From Veleropilina oligotropha (taxonomy: Eukaryota): DNA of 56,363 nt. A program made the translations under genes and the position numbers. Below the pieces are notes generated by a model. It worked only from the letters and a program-made list of their open reading frames with translations. It made no database searches and had not been told where the DNA came from. Numbering within the stretch: the first letter of the stretch is position 1; each line of letters begins with the position of its first letter. The stretch spans positions 124,001 to 180,363 of the forward strand of contig JBEUKZ010000102.1 in the NCBI GenBank assembly GCA_048128005.1. The letters are read 5' to 3'. Positions 1 through 9,228 of this stretch are shown piece by piece.

Positions 1-922
1 TTTGATTCTTTATTGATTATGTCCAAGTCTAATTTTCTTTTTTTAGAATTTCCATGACACCAATCTTTTATATGCTCTTGTAAGCTTGAACTATGATCAA
101 ATAATAAGCCACAATAATTGCAGGAGATCATGTCTTCCTCTTCGCTGCTGCTATAATAATGATCAATCTCTGCTACATGTTGCTTTATATATGGGTTATA
201 TCCGCCTGCTATAACTGGATCATTTGTCTGTGCGAGCCTCGTTTTCGATTTTTCATTGAAATAATCTCTCTCAAATACATTTGATCGAATTCGATTCATT
301 TCAGACGTATGCACTTTAAAATCCAGCAGTATATAGCCATAGGGTTCTTTCGTTGCATCTTCAAATTGCTTCATGAGTTTGTCTGGACTTCCAGGATACA
401 TTTGTCTTGCCAGAGTCATAACAAGTTGCTTGTCAACAGGACTATTGAATAATATCAAGTATTGACAATTTCTTCGCTGTGTGGGGTCTTTAGAGTGATA
501 CAAGTTTTGATTAATAGCTATAACTGAGAGATTTCTATGATGACTGCCTTCTGTGAATAGATCAGTGATGCTTTCATCTTTACTGGTCATGAGGTCATCC
601 AGTACAATAACATTTCTTATTCTTGGATCTAAGAATTCATCATTGGCAAGGTCTGGTGGAATTCCTTGCATAAATTCAACAGAAATACTAGTTTTGATGA
701 CATCGTACAGTGGCTGCCATCTTTTGTATAACCAAATAATTCTTTGTGGTGCAGGAGAGATAAGGGCATGAAGTAAAATATTTTTAACTAAGTAAGTCTT
801 TCCAGATGATGTCGGGCCTGAGACAGTCAATGTAAAGGGATGTTGTAACTGAAATGGGGTGTAAGAAGGTGGTGGTGGTGGTGGTGGTGGCGGCGGCGGC
901 GGCGGCGGTGGTGGTGGCGGCG

Positions 923-957
<35 letters not shown>

Positions 958-1136
958 GGTGGTGGTGGCGGCGGCGGCGGCGGCGGCGGTGGTGGTGGCG
1001 GCGGTGGTGGCGGCGGCGGCGGTGGTGATGGGGGTGTTGGAGGGTAAATGATCTCAATGACATGTTTTTGGTTGAAATGTCTCAGCAATACATCTCGTCT
1101 AGAAAATGTTTTGAGGCAATCAATACACTTATGCAT
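1..1136 (-). CDS. Copy 1 of the zinc finger-polyPro-packaging ATPase gene (partial, open at window edge)
   Basis: Reverse complement of 4042-~5110. ATG at 1136. Frame is kept across a 56-codon Pro-rich tract (867-1034). Not in the ORF track because it has no stop inside the window. Confidence 0.8.
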
Positions 1137-1566
1137 GGCTTCCTGGAGGTCCAGAAAAAAGACTTCCAATTACAAACTTCTTTTGTGGAACAATCTTCGA
1201 TGTGACCTCCTTGACCTCTTTTGATATACTGATATATTTTCTCTTCTTTCCCCTTTTTGTTTCATTTCCCGCTTTTATCTGTTTTCTAATTTGAATAGGT
1301 TTATGATCATTCAGCTTTATCATATTCTGTTTTGTCAATTCGATGTGGGGAACGCCCTCTTTTTCATCTTTTTCGTGTTCGACTTTTGCCCTTTCGTTCA
1401 CTGCAGCCATCGGTGTAGTCATGGGGATCATGTAGGGAGTTCTATATATGCCAGCCATGCCTCTTTTTTGTGGATAAGGAGAATATGAACTGACTTTACC
1501 ATCGTATAAATCTTTATATATCTGATCCCATTGTCCTGGCACACTAACATACAGTTTTCCTGACAT
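1129..1566 (-). CDS. Copy 1 of 145-aa Lys-rich hypothetical protein
   Basis: Protein identical to 2412-2849 and 3612-4049. Confidence 0.75.
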   Translation of the reverse strand: MSGKLYVSVPGQWDQIYKDLYDGKVSSYSPYPQKRGMAGIYRTPYMIPMTTPMAAVNERAKVEHEKDEKEGVPHIELTKQNMIKLNDHKPIQIRKQIKAGNETKRGKKRKYISISKEVKEVTSKIVPQKKFVIGSLFSGPPGSHA

Positions 1567-1640
1567 GTTTAAAATGAAGTGTCACCGTCACTGTTTCGTT
1601 CATAAATGAAGACAATTTGTCTGCATGCACCTTTTTATAT

Positions 1641-1943
1641 CCTAACCCTAAGTAGGTCAACGCTAACCCTAAGTGGGTCAACCCTAACCCTAAGTGGGTC
1701 AACCCTAACCCTAAGTGGGTCAACCCTAACCCTAAGTGGGTCAACCCTAACCCTAAGTGGGTCAACCCTAACCCTAAGTAGGTCAACCCTAACCCTAAGT
1801 GGGTCAACCCTAACCCTAAGTAGGTCAACCCTAACCATAAGTGGGTCAACCCTAACCCTAAGTGGGTCAACCCTAACCCTAAGTAGGTCACCCTAACCCT
1901 AAGTGGGTCAACCCTAACCCTAAGTCGGTCAACCCTAACCCTA
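1641..1943 (-). repeat. Telomere-like 21-bp tandem array, mirror of 2054-2337
   Basis: (CCCTAACCCTAAGTRGGTCAA)n read directly. Confidence 0.95.
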
Positions 1944-2055
1944 GGGGAAATGTCCAAAACCTAGGGTTAGGAACATGAGCCAGCTTCACTGGCTCCAGTG
2001 TCAGCTTCTCTGACACTGGACATGCTCCTAACCCTAGGTTTTGGACATTTCCCCT
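1942..2055. other. T-shaped hairpin at the axis of the head-to-head palindrome
   Basis: Long stem 1942-1977 pairs with 2021-2055 (one mismatch, 1973/2025). Ear 1 is AGCCAG-cttca-CTGGCT (1978-1994). Ear 2 is TCCAGTGTCAG-cttct-CTGACACTGGA (1994-2020). Confidence 0.9.
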
Positions 2056-2337
2056 AGGGTTAGGGTTGACCGACTTAGGGTTAGGGTTGACCCACTTAGG
2101 GTTAGGGTTGACCCACTTAGGGTTAGGGTTGACCCACTTATGGTTAGGGTTGACCTACTTAGGGTTAGGGTTGACCCACTTAGGGTTAGGGTTGACCTAC
2201 TTAGGGTTAGGGTTGACCCACTTAGGGTTAGGGTTGACCCACTTAGGGTTAGGGTTGACCCACTTAGGGTTAGGGTTGACCCACTTAGGGTTAGGGTTGA
2301 CCCACTTAGGGTTAGCGTTGACCTACTTAGGGTTAGG
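2054..2337 (+). repeat. Telomere-like 21-bp tandem array (TTAGGGTTAGGGTTGACCYAC)n
   Basis: Read directly. Confidence 0.95.
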
Positions 2338-2340
2338 ATA

Positions 2341-2434
2341 TAAAAAGGTGCATGCAGACAAATTGTCTTCATTTATGAACGAAACAGTGACGGTGACACT
2401 TCATTTTAAACATGTCAGGAAAACTGTATGTTAG
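2341..2434 (+). pseudogene. Possible C-terminal remnant of a Polinton-type minor capsid (penton/PX) gene; equivalents at 3541-3634 and 1544-1637
   Basis: Translates ...DKLSSFMNETVTVTLHFKHV..., like the S/PF...VTLHF end of Polinton minor capsid proteins. It begins abruptly at the repeat array. The match is short. Confidence 0.45.
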
Positions 2435-2849
2435 TGTGCCAGGACAATGGGATCAGATATATAAAGATTTATACGATGGTAAAGTCAGTTCATATTCTCC
2501 TTATCCACAAAAAAGAGGCATGGCTGGCATATATAGAACTCCCTACATGATCCCCATGACTACACCGATGGCTGCAGTGAACGAAAGGGCAAAAGTCGAA
2601 CACGAAAAAGATGAAAAAGAGGGCGTTCCCCACATCGAATTGACAAAACAGAATATGATAAAGCTGAATGATCATAAACCTATTCAAATTAGAAAACAGA
2701 TAAAAGCGGGAAATGAAACAAAAAGGGGAAAGAAGAGAAAATATATCAGTATATCAAAAGAGGTCAAGGAGGTCACATCGAAGATTGTTCCACAAAAGAA
2801 GTTTGTAATTGGAAGTCTTTTTTCTGGACCTCCAGGAAGCCATGCATAA
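2412..2849 (+). CDS. Copy 2 of 145-aa Lys-rich hypothetical protein
   Basis: ORF track; identical protein in three copies. Confidence 0.75.
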   Translation: MSGKLYVSVPGQWDQIYKDLYDGKVSSYSPYPQKRGMAGIYRTPYMIPMTTPMAAVNERAKVEHEKDEKEGVPHIELTKQNMIKLNDHKPIQIRKQIKAGNETKRGKKRKYISISKEVKEVTSKIVPQKKFVIGSLFSGPPGSHA

Positions 2850-3051
2850 GTGTATTGATTGCCTCAAAACATTTTCTAGACGAGATGTATTGCTGAGACA
2901 TTTCAACCAAAAACATGTCATTGAGATCATTTACCCTCCAACACCCCCATCACCACCGCCGCCGCCGCCACCACCGCCGCCACCACCACCGCCGCCGCCG
3001 CCGCCGCCGCCACCACCACCACCGCCGCCGCCGCCACCGCCGCCGCCATGA
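2842..3051 (+). pseudogene. Truncated copy 2 of the ATPase gene (C2H2 finger + polyPro only)
   Basis: Breaks inside the CCG/CCA tract and fuses to the hairpin-ear sequence at 3049. Confidence 0.8.
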
Positions 3052-3092
3052 AGCTGGCTCATGATCCTAACCCTAGGTTTTGGACATTTCCC

Positions 3093-3537
3093 CTAGGGTT
3101 AGGGTTGACCCACTTAGGGTTAGGGTGACCTACTTTACTTAGGGTTAGGGTTGACCCCCTTAGGGTTAGTGTTGACCCACTTAGGGTTAGGGTTGACCCA
3201 CTTAGGGTTAGGGTTGACCCACTCAGGGTTAGGGGCGTTAGGGTTGACCCACTTAGGGTTAGGGGGTTAGGGTGACCAACTTTACTTAGGGTTGACCCCC
3301 TTAGGGTTAGGGTTGACCCACTTAGGGTTAGGGTTGACCCCCTTAGGGTTAGTGTTGACCCACTTAGGGTTAGGGTTGACCCACTTAGGGTTAGGGTGAC
3401 CTACTTTACTTAGGGTTAGGGGGTTAGGGTGACCTACTTTACTTAGGGTTAGGGTTGACCCCCTTAGGGTTAGGGTTGACCCACTTAGGGTTAGGGTTGA
3501 CCCACTTAGGGTTAGGGTTGACCCACTTAGGGTTAGG
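3093..3537 (+). repeat. Telomere-like variant array at left end of copy 3
   Basis: Same 21-bp unit plus variants (GGTGACCTACTTTACTT, TTGACCCCC). Confidence 0.95.
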
Positions 3538-3538
3538 A

Positions 3539-3545
3539 TATAAAA
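3539..3545 (+). promoter_or_regulatory. Candidate TATA box (TATAAAA), also at 2339-2345
   Basis: Immediately after the array and ~70 nt upstream of ATG 3612. Confidence 0.4.
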
Positions 3546-3611
3546 AGGTGCATGCAGACAAATTGTCTTCATTTATGAACGAAACAGTGCCGGTGACACT
3601 TCATTTTAAAC

Positions 3612-4049
3612 ATGTCAGGAAAACTGTATGTTAGTGTGCCAGGACAATGGGATCAGATATATAAAGATTTATACGATGGTAAAGTCAGTTCTTATTCTCC
3701 TTATCCACAAAAAAGAGGCATGGCTGGCATATATAGAACTCCCTACATGATCCCCATGACTACACCGATGGCTGCAGTGAACGAAAGGGCAAAAGTCGAA
3801 CACGAAAAAGATGAAAAAGAGGGCGTCCCCCACATCGAATTGACAAAACAGAATATGATAAAGCTGAATGATCATAAACCTATTCAAATTAGAAAACAGA
3901 TAAAAGCTGGAAATGAAACAAAAAGGGGAAAGAAGAGAAAATATATCAGTATATCAAAAGAGGTCAAGGAGGTCACATCGAAGATTGTTCCACAAAAGAA
4001 GTTTGTAATTGGAAGTCTTTTTTCTGGACCTCCAGGAAGCCATGCATAA
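3612..4049 (+). CDS. 145-aa basic protein (possible viral core/DNA-binding protein)
   Basis: ATG-initiated, with a K/R-rich C-terminal half (KRGKKRK). Its stop overlaps the next ATG (ATGCATAA). Differences from copies 1/2 are synonymous. Function is inferred. Confidence 0.75.
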   Translation: MSGKLYVSVPGQWDQIYKDLYDGKVSSYSPYPQKRGMAGIYRTPYMIPMTTPMAAVNERAKVEHEKDEKEGVPHIELTKQNMIKLNDHKPIQIRKQIKAGNETKRGKKRKYISISKEVKEVTSKIVPQKKFVIGSLFSGPPGSHA

Positions 4050-5508
4050 GTGTATTGATTGCCTCAAAACATTTTCTAGACGAGATGTATTGCTGAGACA
4101 TTTCAACCAAAAACATGTCATTGAGATCATTTACCCGCCAACACCCCCACCACCACCGCCGCCGCCGCCACCGCCGCCGCCGCCGCCACCGCCGCCACCG
4201 CCGCCACCGCCGCCGCCGCCGCCGCCACCACCACCACCACCTTCTTACACCCCATTTCAGTTACAACATCCCTTTACATTGACTGTCTCAGGCCCGACAT
4301 CATCTGGAAAGACTTACTTAGTTAAAAATATTTTACTTCATGCCCTTATCTCTCCTGCACCACAAAGAATTATTTGGTTATACAAAAGATGGCAGCCACT
4401 GTACGATGTCATCAAAACTAGTATTTCTGTTGAATTTATGCAAGGAATTCCACCAGACCTTGCCAATGATGAATTCTTAGATCCAAGAATAAGAAATGTT
4501 ATTGTACTGGATGACCTCATGACCAGTAAAGATGAAAGCATCACTGATCTATTCACAGAAGGCAGTCATCATAGAAATCTCTCAGTTATAGCTATTAATC
4601 AAAACTTGTATCACTCTAAAGACCCCACACAGCGAAGAAATTGTCAATACTTGATATTATTCAATAGTCCTGTTGACAAGCAACTTGTTATGACTCTGGC
4701 AAGACAAATGTATCCTGGAAGTCCAGACAAACTCATGAAGCAATTTGAAGATGCAACGAAAGAACCCTATGGCTATATACTGCTGGATTTTAAAGTGCAT
4801 ACGTCTGAAATGAATCGAATTCGATCAAATGTATTTGAGAGAGATTATTTCAATGAAAAATCGAAAACGAGGCTCGCACAGACAAATGATCCAGTTATAG
4901 CAGGTGGATATAACCCATATATAAAGCAACATGTAGCAGAGATTGATCATTATTATAGCAGCAGCGAAGAGGAAGACATGATCTCCTGCAATTATTGTGG
5001 CTTATTATTTGATCATAGTTCAAGCTTACAAGAGCATATAAAAGATTGGTGTCATGGAAATTCTAAAAAAAGAAAATTAGACTTGGACATAATCAATAAA
5101 GAATCAAAAATGATTGATGAAGAATCAAAAGTGTTTGATCAACTCATGAAGTTAAGCCATGATCAAAATAAAGCACTCTTTGAAGGAAAATATGAAAGAT
5201 ACATCAAGGAAGGGTTGAACGACGAAGAGGCCGCGGAAAAAACAAACGACAAGTTATATCTTGAGGATTTAGTACAAGTCATGAATAAATATAAGGAAAT
5301 ACTGTTCTACATTAAAAGATTAAGACACGGAAAAGTACATAATAAGGTGTTGGACAAAATGGATAAATACTTAGAACGCGGTCATGGTTCAAAAGCCTCT
5401 ATCAATATGGCCGTGACAAAATTACAACCTGAAATCGAAACATACTGGCAAACTGAATCTTCTGAAGGTGAAGGAGACAGCATGGAGCTGGATGAAGACA
5501 ATGAATAA
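4042..5508 (+). CDS. A32/FtsK-HerA-type DNA packaging ATPase of Polinton/adintovirus type, with N-terminal C2H2 finger, 33-Pro tract, second Zn finger and NLS
   Basis: HPFTLTVSGPTSSGKT (Walker A), VIVLDDLM (Walker B), LFTEGSHHRNLSVIAINQNLY (family motifs), CIDC..HFNQKH, CNYC..HIKDWC, KKRK. First ATG is at 4042. AATAAA overlaps the stop. Confidence 0.85.
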   Translation: MHKCIDCLKTFSRRDVLLRHFNQKHVIEIIYPPTPPPPPPPPPPPPPPPPPPPPPPPPPPPPPPPPPSYTPFQLQHPFTLTVSGPTSSGKTYLVKNILLHALISPAPQRIIWLYKRWQPLYDVIKTSISVEFMQGIPPDLANDEFLDPRIRNVIVLDDLMTSKDESITDLFTEGSHHRNLSVIAINQNLYHSKDPTQRRNCQYLILFNSPVDKQLVMTLARQMYPGSPDKLMKQFEDATKEPYGYILLDFKVHTSEMNRIRSNVFERDYFNEKSKTRLAQTNDPVIAGGYNPYIKQHVAEIDHYYSSSEEEDMISCNYCGLLFDHSSSLQEHIKDWCHGNSKKRKLDLDIINKESKMIDEESKVFDQLMKLSHDQNKALFEGKYERYIKEGLNDEEAAEKTNDKLYLEDLVQVMNKYKEILFYIKRLRHGKVHNKVLDKMDKYLERGHGSKASINMAVTKLQPEIETYWQTESSEGEGDSMELDEDNE

Positions 5509-5699
5509 ATGTATTTAATATAATGAAAGTGATTAATAAATAATAAATATAATAATTGATTTGTTTTTATTGACAATGTCTGTGTGAAATATACTACTGA
5601 AAGAGCATAGCAGATGACATAGAAATGTCATGCGGTAAACCTAATCACTATGAATAGTATGTGTGAACATATGATTCAATGTATTTAAAGCAGCTACCA

Positions 5700-5880
5700 G
5701 ATTAACCAATCAGCGTGCGCCTCTTATCGAGCGATGGCAACAGCCAAACACAGCCATCCTCTCTGTTTCAACAGCCAATCAGCGTTCACTTCCGGTCATG
5801 TAATGATGGAAAAACCCAACAGGCTATTTATAGCAACAATGTGACTATATATAGTAACATCACGGACGTATAAATAATCA
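5700..5880 (+). promoter_or_regulatory. Pol II promoter-like cluster with no downstream ORF
   Basis: Two CCAATCAGCG boxes (~5706, ~5776), CACTTCCGG (ETS-like), and several TATA-like motifs. Confidence 0.4.
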
Positions 5881-6015
5881 GTTGACGACAATATGATCAG
5901 ATGCGTTATGAACCTTCAGCATAAACAATGACCTGCCAATGTAAATATATAATTGTTTGGTGAAAAAATCACTATATAACACTTATATAGTTCATCTAAT
6001 CATAATCACATAACT

Positions 6016-6097
6016 GCATCGGTGGGCGAGTGGTTAGCGAATCAGACACTCAACCGAGGCAGCCAGGATGGCTCAGGTTCGAAGCCAGCCGGCGGCA
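6016..6097 (+). ncRNA. tRNA-like Pol III element inside the viral-like unit
   Basis: A-box-like GGTGGGCGAGTGGTTAGCG, B-box GGTTCGAAGCC, variable-arm stem AGCCA/TGGCT. Acceptor and anticodon stems are imperfect. Confidence 0.5.
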
Positions 6098-6244
6098 TAT
6101 GCTTCCGCTTAAAATAATAGATGAAATAAATCGGTCAGATATACCGTAAACCTTGTGTTCATCTGATCAAATGGAGATGTTAAACAGTCCGATATGAAAT
6201 AAATGCATCACAAACTGCATTGAAAAATATAATTATCATTATAT

Positions 6245-6795
6245 GTTATTCATATAGGGGTAATAGAAACTGAACACAGTTGCCTCCCCCTAATTCGTTC
6301 AATAAAATAGAGACGTTAATCGGACGTGTATATAATATGCTTCACACGTGGCTATGTAATAAATATAACCTCGCTAACTACCAGTATATGTCATTCATAT
6401 AGGTGTAATAGAAACCGTACACGGTTATCTCCCCCTAATTAGGCCGATCAAATAGAGACGTTAAACAGTCAGGTATATATATATAATAATATGCTTCATA
6501 TGTGGCAATGTAATAAATATTACCTCCCTAGCTAACAGCATATAAGCTTCAAATAAGGGGTAATAGAAACTGTACACAGTTATCTCCCCCTAATTAGGCT
6601 GATCAAATAGAGACGTTAAACAGTCGGGTATATATATATATATATATATAATAATATGCTTCATATGTGGAAATGTAATAAATATAACCTCTCTAACTAA
6701 CAGTATATGTTATTCATATAGGGATAATAGCACCTGGTTAAATCACAGTTATCCGCCCCATAATTCGTCTGATCAAATGGAAATGTTAAACGGTT
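6245..6795 (+). repeat. About 4 diverged ~145-160-bp tandem repeats
   Basis: Recurring TCATATAGGGGTAATAGAAAC...CTCCCCCTAATT...ATCAAATAGAGACGTTAA near 6250, 6395, 6550, 6715. Confidence 0.85.
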
Positions 6796-7614
6796 CAATC
6801 ATAGATCTATCCCCCCTCCCGTTTTGGTTAATATGAGAGGGTATTTACTATTTATTTATCATTATATGAAAGCATTTAGGCTGATATCTGAATTTTCTTA
6901 AAAAATAACGAATGAGTGCAAGAATGCAGGGATTATGGAAATTCCCAGCTTTACCCAAATGACATTGCGCAATCAGTTGAAATCACAGTAATGACGGATT
7001 AGTCATAATCTATAAATAGTTACAACAAACTATATATATATATATAAGCGGCATTCAGTTAATATGACAGACTGAGAGCTGTTTTTAATGCTGTATGCTG
7101 TGATCCCGTACTGGTCATATTGATATATTAGCGTTGAGAATTATTCATAATCGCTAATAATTAACTAATAATTCTTCATTATACCAGTGTATAAGCATAT
7201 TTCGTTTTCAAATGACATTATATCTGTTGAATCTCATCGCTATTTATTTATCTACATACCATTCTGTTATTATTGAGTATTCGCTAAATATAGCAACAAA
7301 CCATATACGACTAATACGCTATCGATAGCAATTTTCCACTGATAATTCGATGTTATGCCAGCATTATACATATATTTCGTATTCAAATGACATTATCTGT
7401 TGAATTTCATCGTATATACTTACTTATAAGTCGATTTTAATCGCTTTATTCGCTTAATCCGAAACAAAGGCTTTCACGGCAACAAACATGTCGCATGACA
7501 GCTGTATACATACAAATTCGCCCAAATTGCAGACCTTCCAATATGACTCGGCAATGTCTATAGCATTGGAAAATACATTTGAATAAACACTGAACAATAT
7601 AGTTCATCTAGACG

Positions 7615-8140
7615 GAGGAAACCTAAGGTTATACCTACCCCCGCCCCTGGGAACAGGGTTGGGTCGCCCGGGGGTATGCCCCCACCCCTGACAAAACCCC
7701 ACCCCCGGGGAAATGCACAAAACTAACAGGGAAAACCTTGGGTTAAACACCAAAAACATAGGGTTAAACGACGAAAGCATAGGGTTATACTGCCCCCACA
7801 CACCCCCGGAACAGGGTGGAGTGCCCGGGGGGTATGCCCCCACCCCTGACAAAACCCCACCCCCGGGGAAATGCACAAAACTAACAGGGAAAACCTTGGG
7901 TTAAACCCCAAAAACATAGGGTTAAACGACGAAAGCATAGGGTTATACTGCCCCCACACACCCCCGGAACAGGGTGGAGTGCCCGGGGGGTATGCCCCCA
8001 CCCCAATACCCCACCCCCGGGGGGAAATGCACAAAACTAACAGTGAAAACCTTGGGTTAAATGGTGAAAACATAGGGTTATACTGGCCCCACACCCCCGG
8101 AACAGGGTGGAGTGCCCGGGGGGTATGCCCCCACCCCCAA
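7615..8140 (+). repeat. About 3.3 copies of a ~157-bp GC-rich tandem repeat
   Basis: ATGCACAAAACTAACAG at 7713, 7871 and 8027. Confidence 0.9.
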
Positions 8141-8294
8141 TGCCATAGATTGTCGGTTCAATCTGCTTATACATTGTGATTTTTCACTATATTACATCAG
8201 AATGTAACATATAATGATAGTGGATTACAGAGTTTAGTCTTAATGAATAATACTATTTGATATCAGATTCGTACTGGTGATATATGGGAGTTGA

Positions 8295-9228
8295 ATTAGG
8301 GCTAGGTATACCAATTAGGGCTGGGGGTAGGGTGGGGGTGGGGGTTGACCCAATTAGGGTTGACCTACTTAGGGGTAGGGGTTGACCCAATTAGGGTTAG
8401 GGCTGGGGTTAGGGTTAGCCGCCATATGGGTTGACCTACTTAGGGGCAGGGTTAGGGTTGACCTACTTAGGGTGACCTACTTAGGGCTGACCCAATTAGG
8501 GTTAGGGCTGGGGTTAGGGTTAGCCGCCATATGGGTTGACCTACTTAGGGGCAGGGTTAGGGTTGACCTACTTAGGGTGACCTACTTAGGGTTGGTGACC
8601 TACTTAGGGTGACCTACTTAGGGTTGGTGACCTACTTAGGGTTGACCTAGTTAGGGTTGACCTAGTTAGGGTTGACCTACTTAGGGCTGAGGGTTAGGGT
8701 TGATGACCCAATTAGGGTTGACCTACTTAGGGTTAGGGCTGAGGGTTAGGGTTGATGACCCAATTAGGGTTGACCTACTTAGGGTTAGGGCTGAGGGTTA
8801 GGGTTGATGACCCAATTAGGGTTGACCTACTTAGGGTGCCCTACTTAGGGTTAGGGTTGTGGGGTTAGGGTTAGGGCCAGGGTTGACTTAGGGTTAGCCG
8901 CCATATGGGTTGACCTACTTAGGGGCAGGGGCAGGGTTGACCTACTTAGGGTGACCTACTTAGGTTGACCTACTTAGGGTTGACCCACTTAGGGTTGGTG
9001 ACCTAGTTAGGGTTGACCCACTTAGGGTTAACCTACTTAGGGTTAGGGTTGTGGGGTTAGGGTTAGCCGCCATATGGGTTGACCTAGTTAGGGGCAGGGT
9101 TAGGGTTGACCTACTTAGGGTGACCTACTTAGGGTTAGGGCTGAGGGTTAGGGTTGATGACCCAATTAGGGCTGACCCACTTAGGGTTAGGGTTGACCTA
9201 GTTAGGGTTGACCTAGTTAGGGTTAGGG
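8295..9228 (+). repeat. Complex telomere-like array at right end of copy 3
   Basis: TTAGGG mixed with TTGACCTAC, GACCCAATTAGGG and GCCGCCATATGGG modules. Confidence 0.95.

Noticed and set aside
827..1063. His/Arg-rich and Val/Ala-rich ORFs
   Set aside because: Alternate frames or antisense of the polyproline tract.
1973..2025. Sequencing adapter or fold-back chimera as origin of the palindrome
   Set aside because: The spacer does not match the SMRTbell adapter as I recall it, the arms differ by about one array unit, and half of the spacer recurs at 3049. Read support is still needed to exclude an artefact fully.
1544..2434. LGLGLTH / RVRVDPL / TLTLSGS repeat ORFs (also 3282-3572 and 8382-9326)
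   Set aside because: Translations of the stop-free telomere-like arrays in several frames; no evidence of coding.
8295..9228. True chromosome end or telomere fusion
   Set aside because: No long pure TTAGGG tract; units are regular composites bounded by element-specific motifs.
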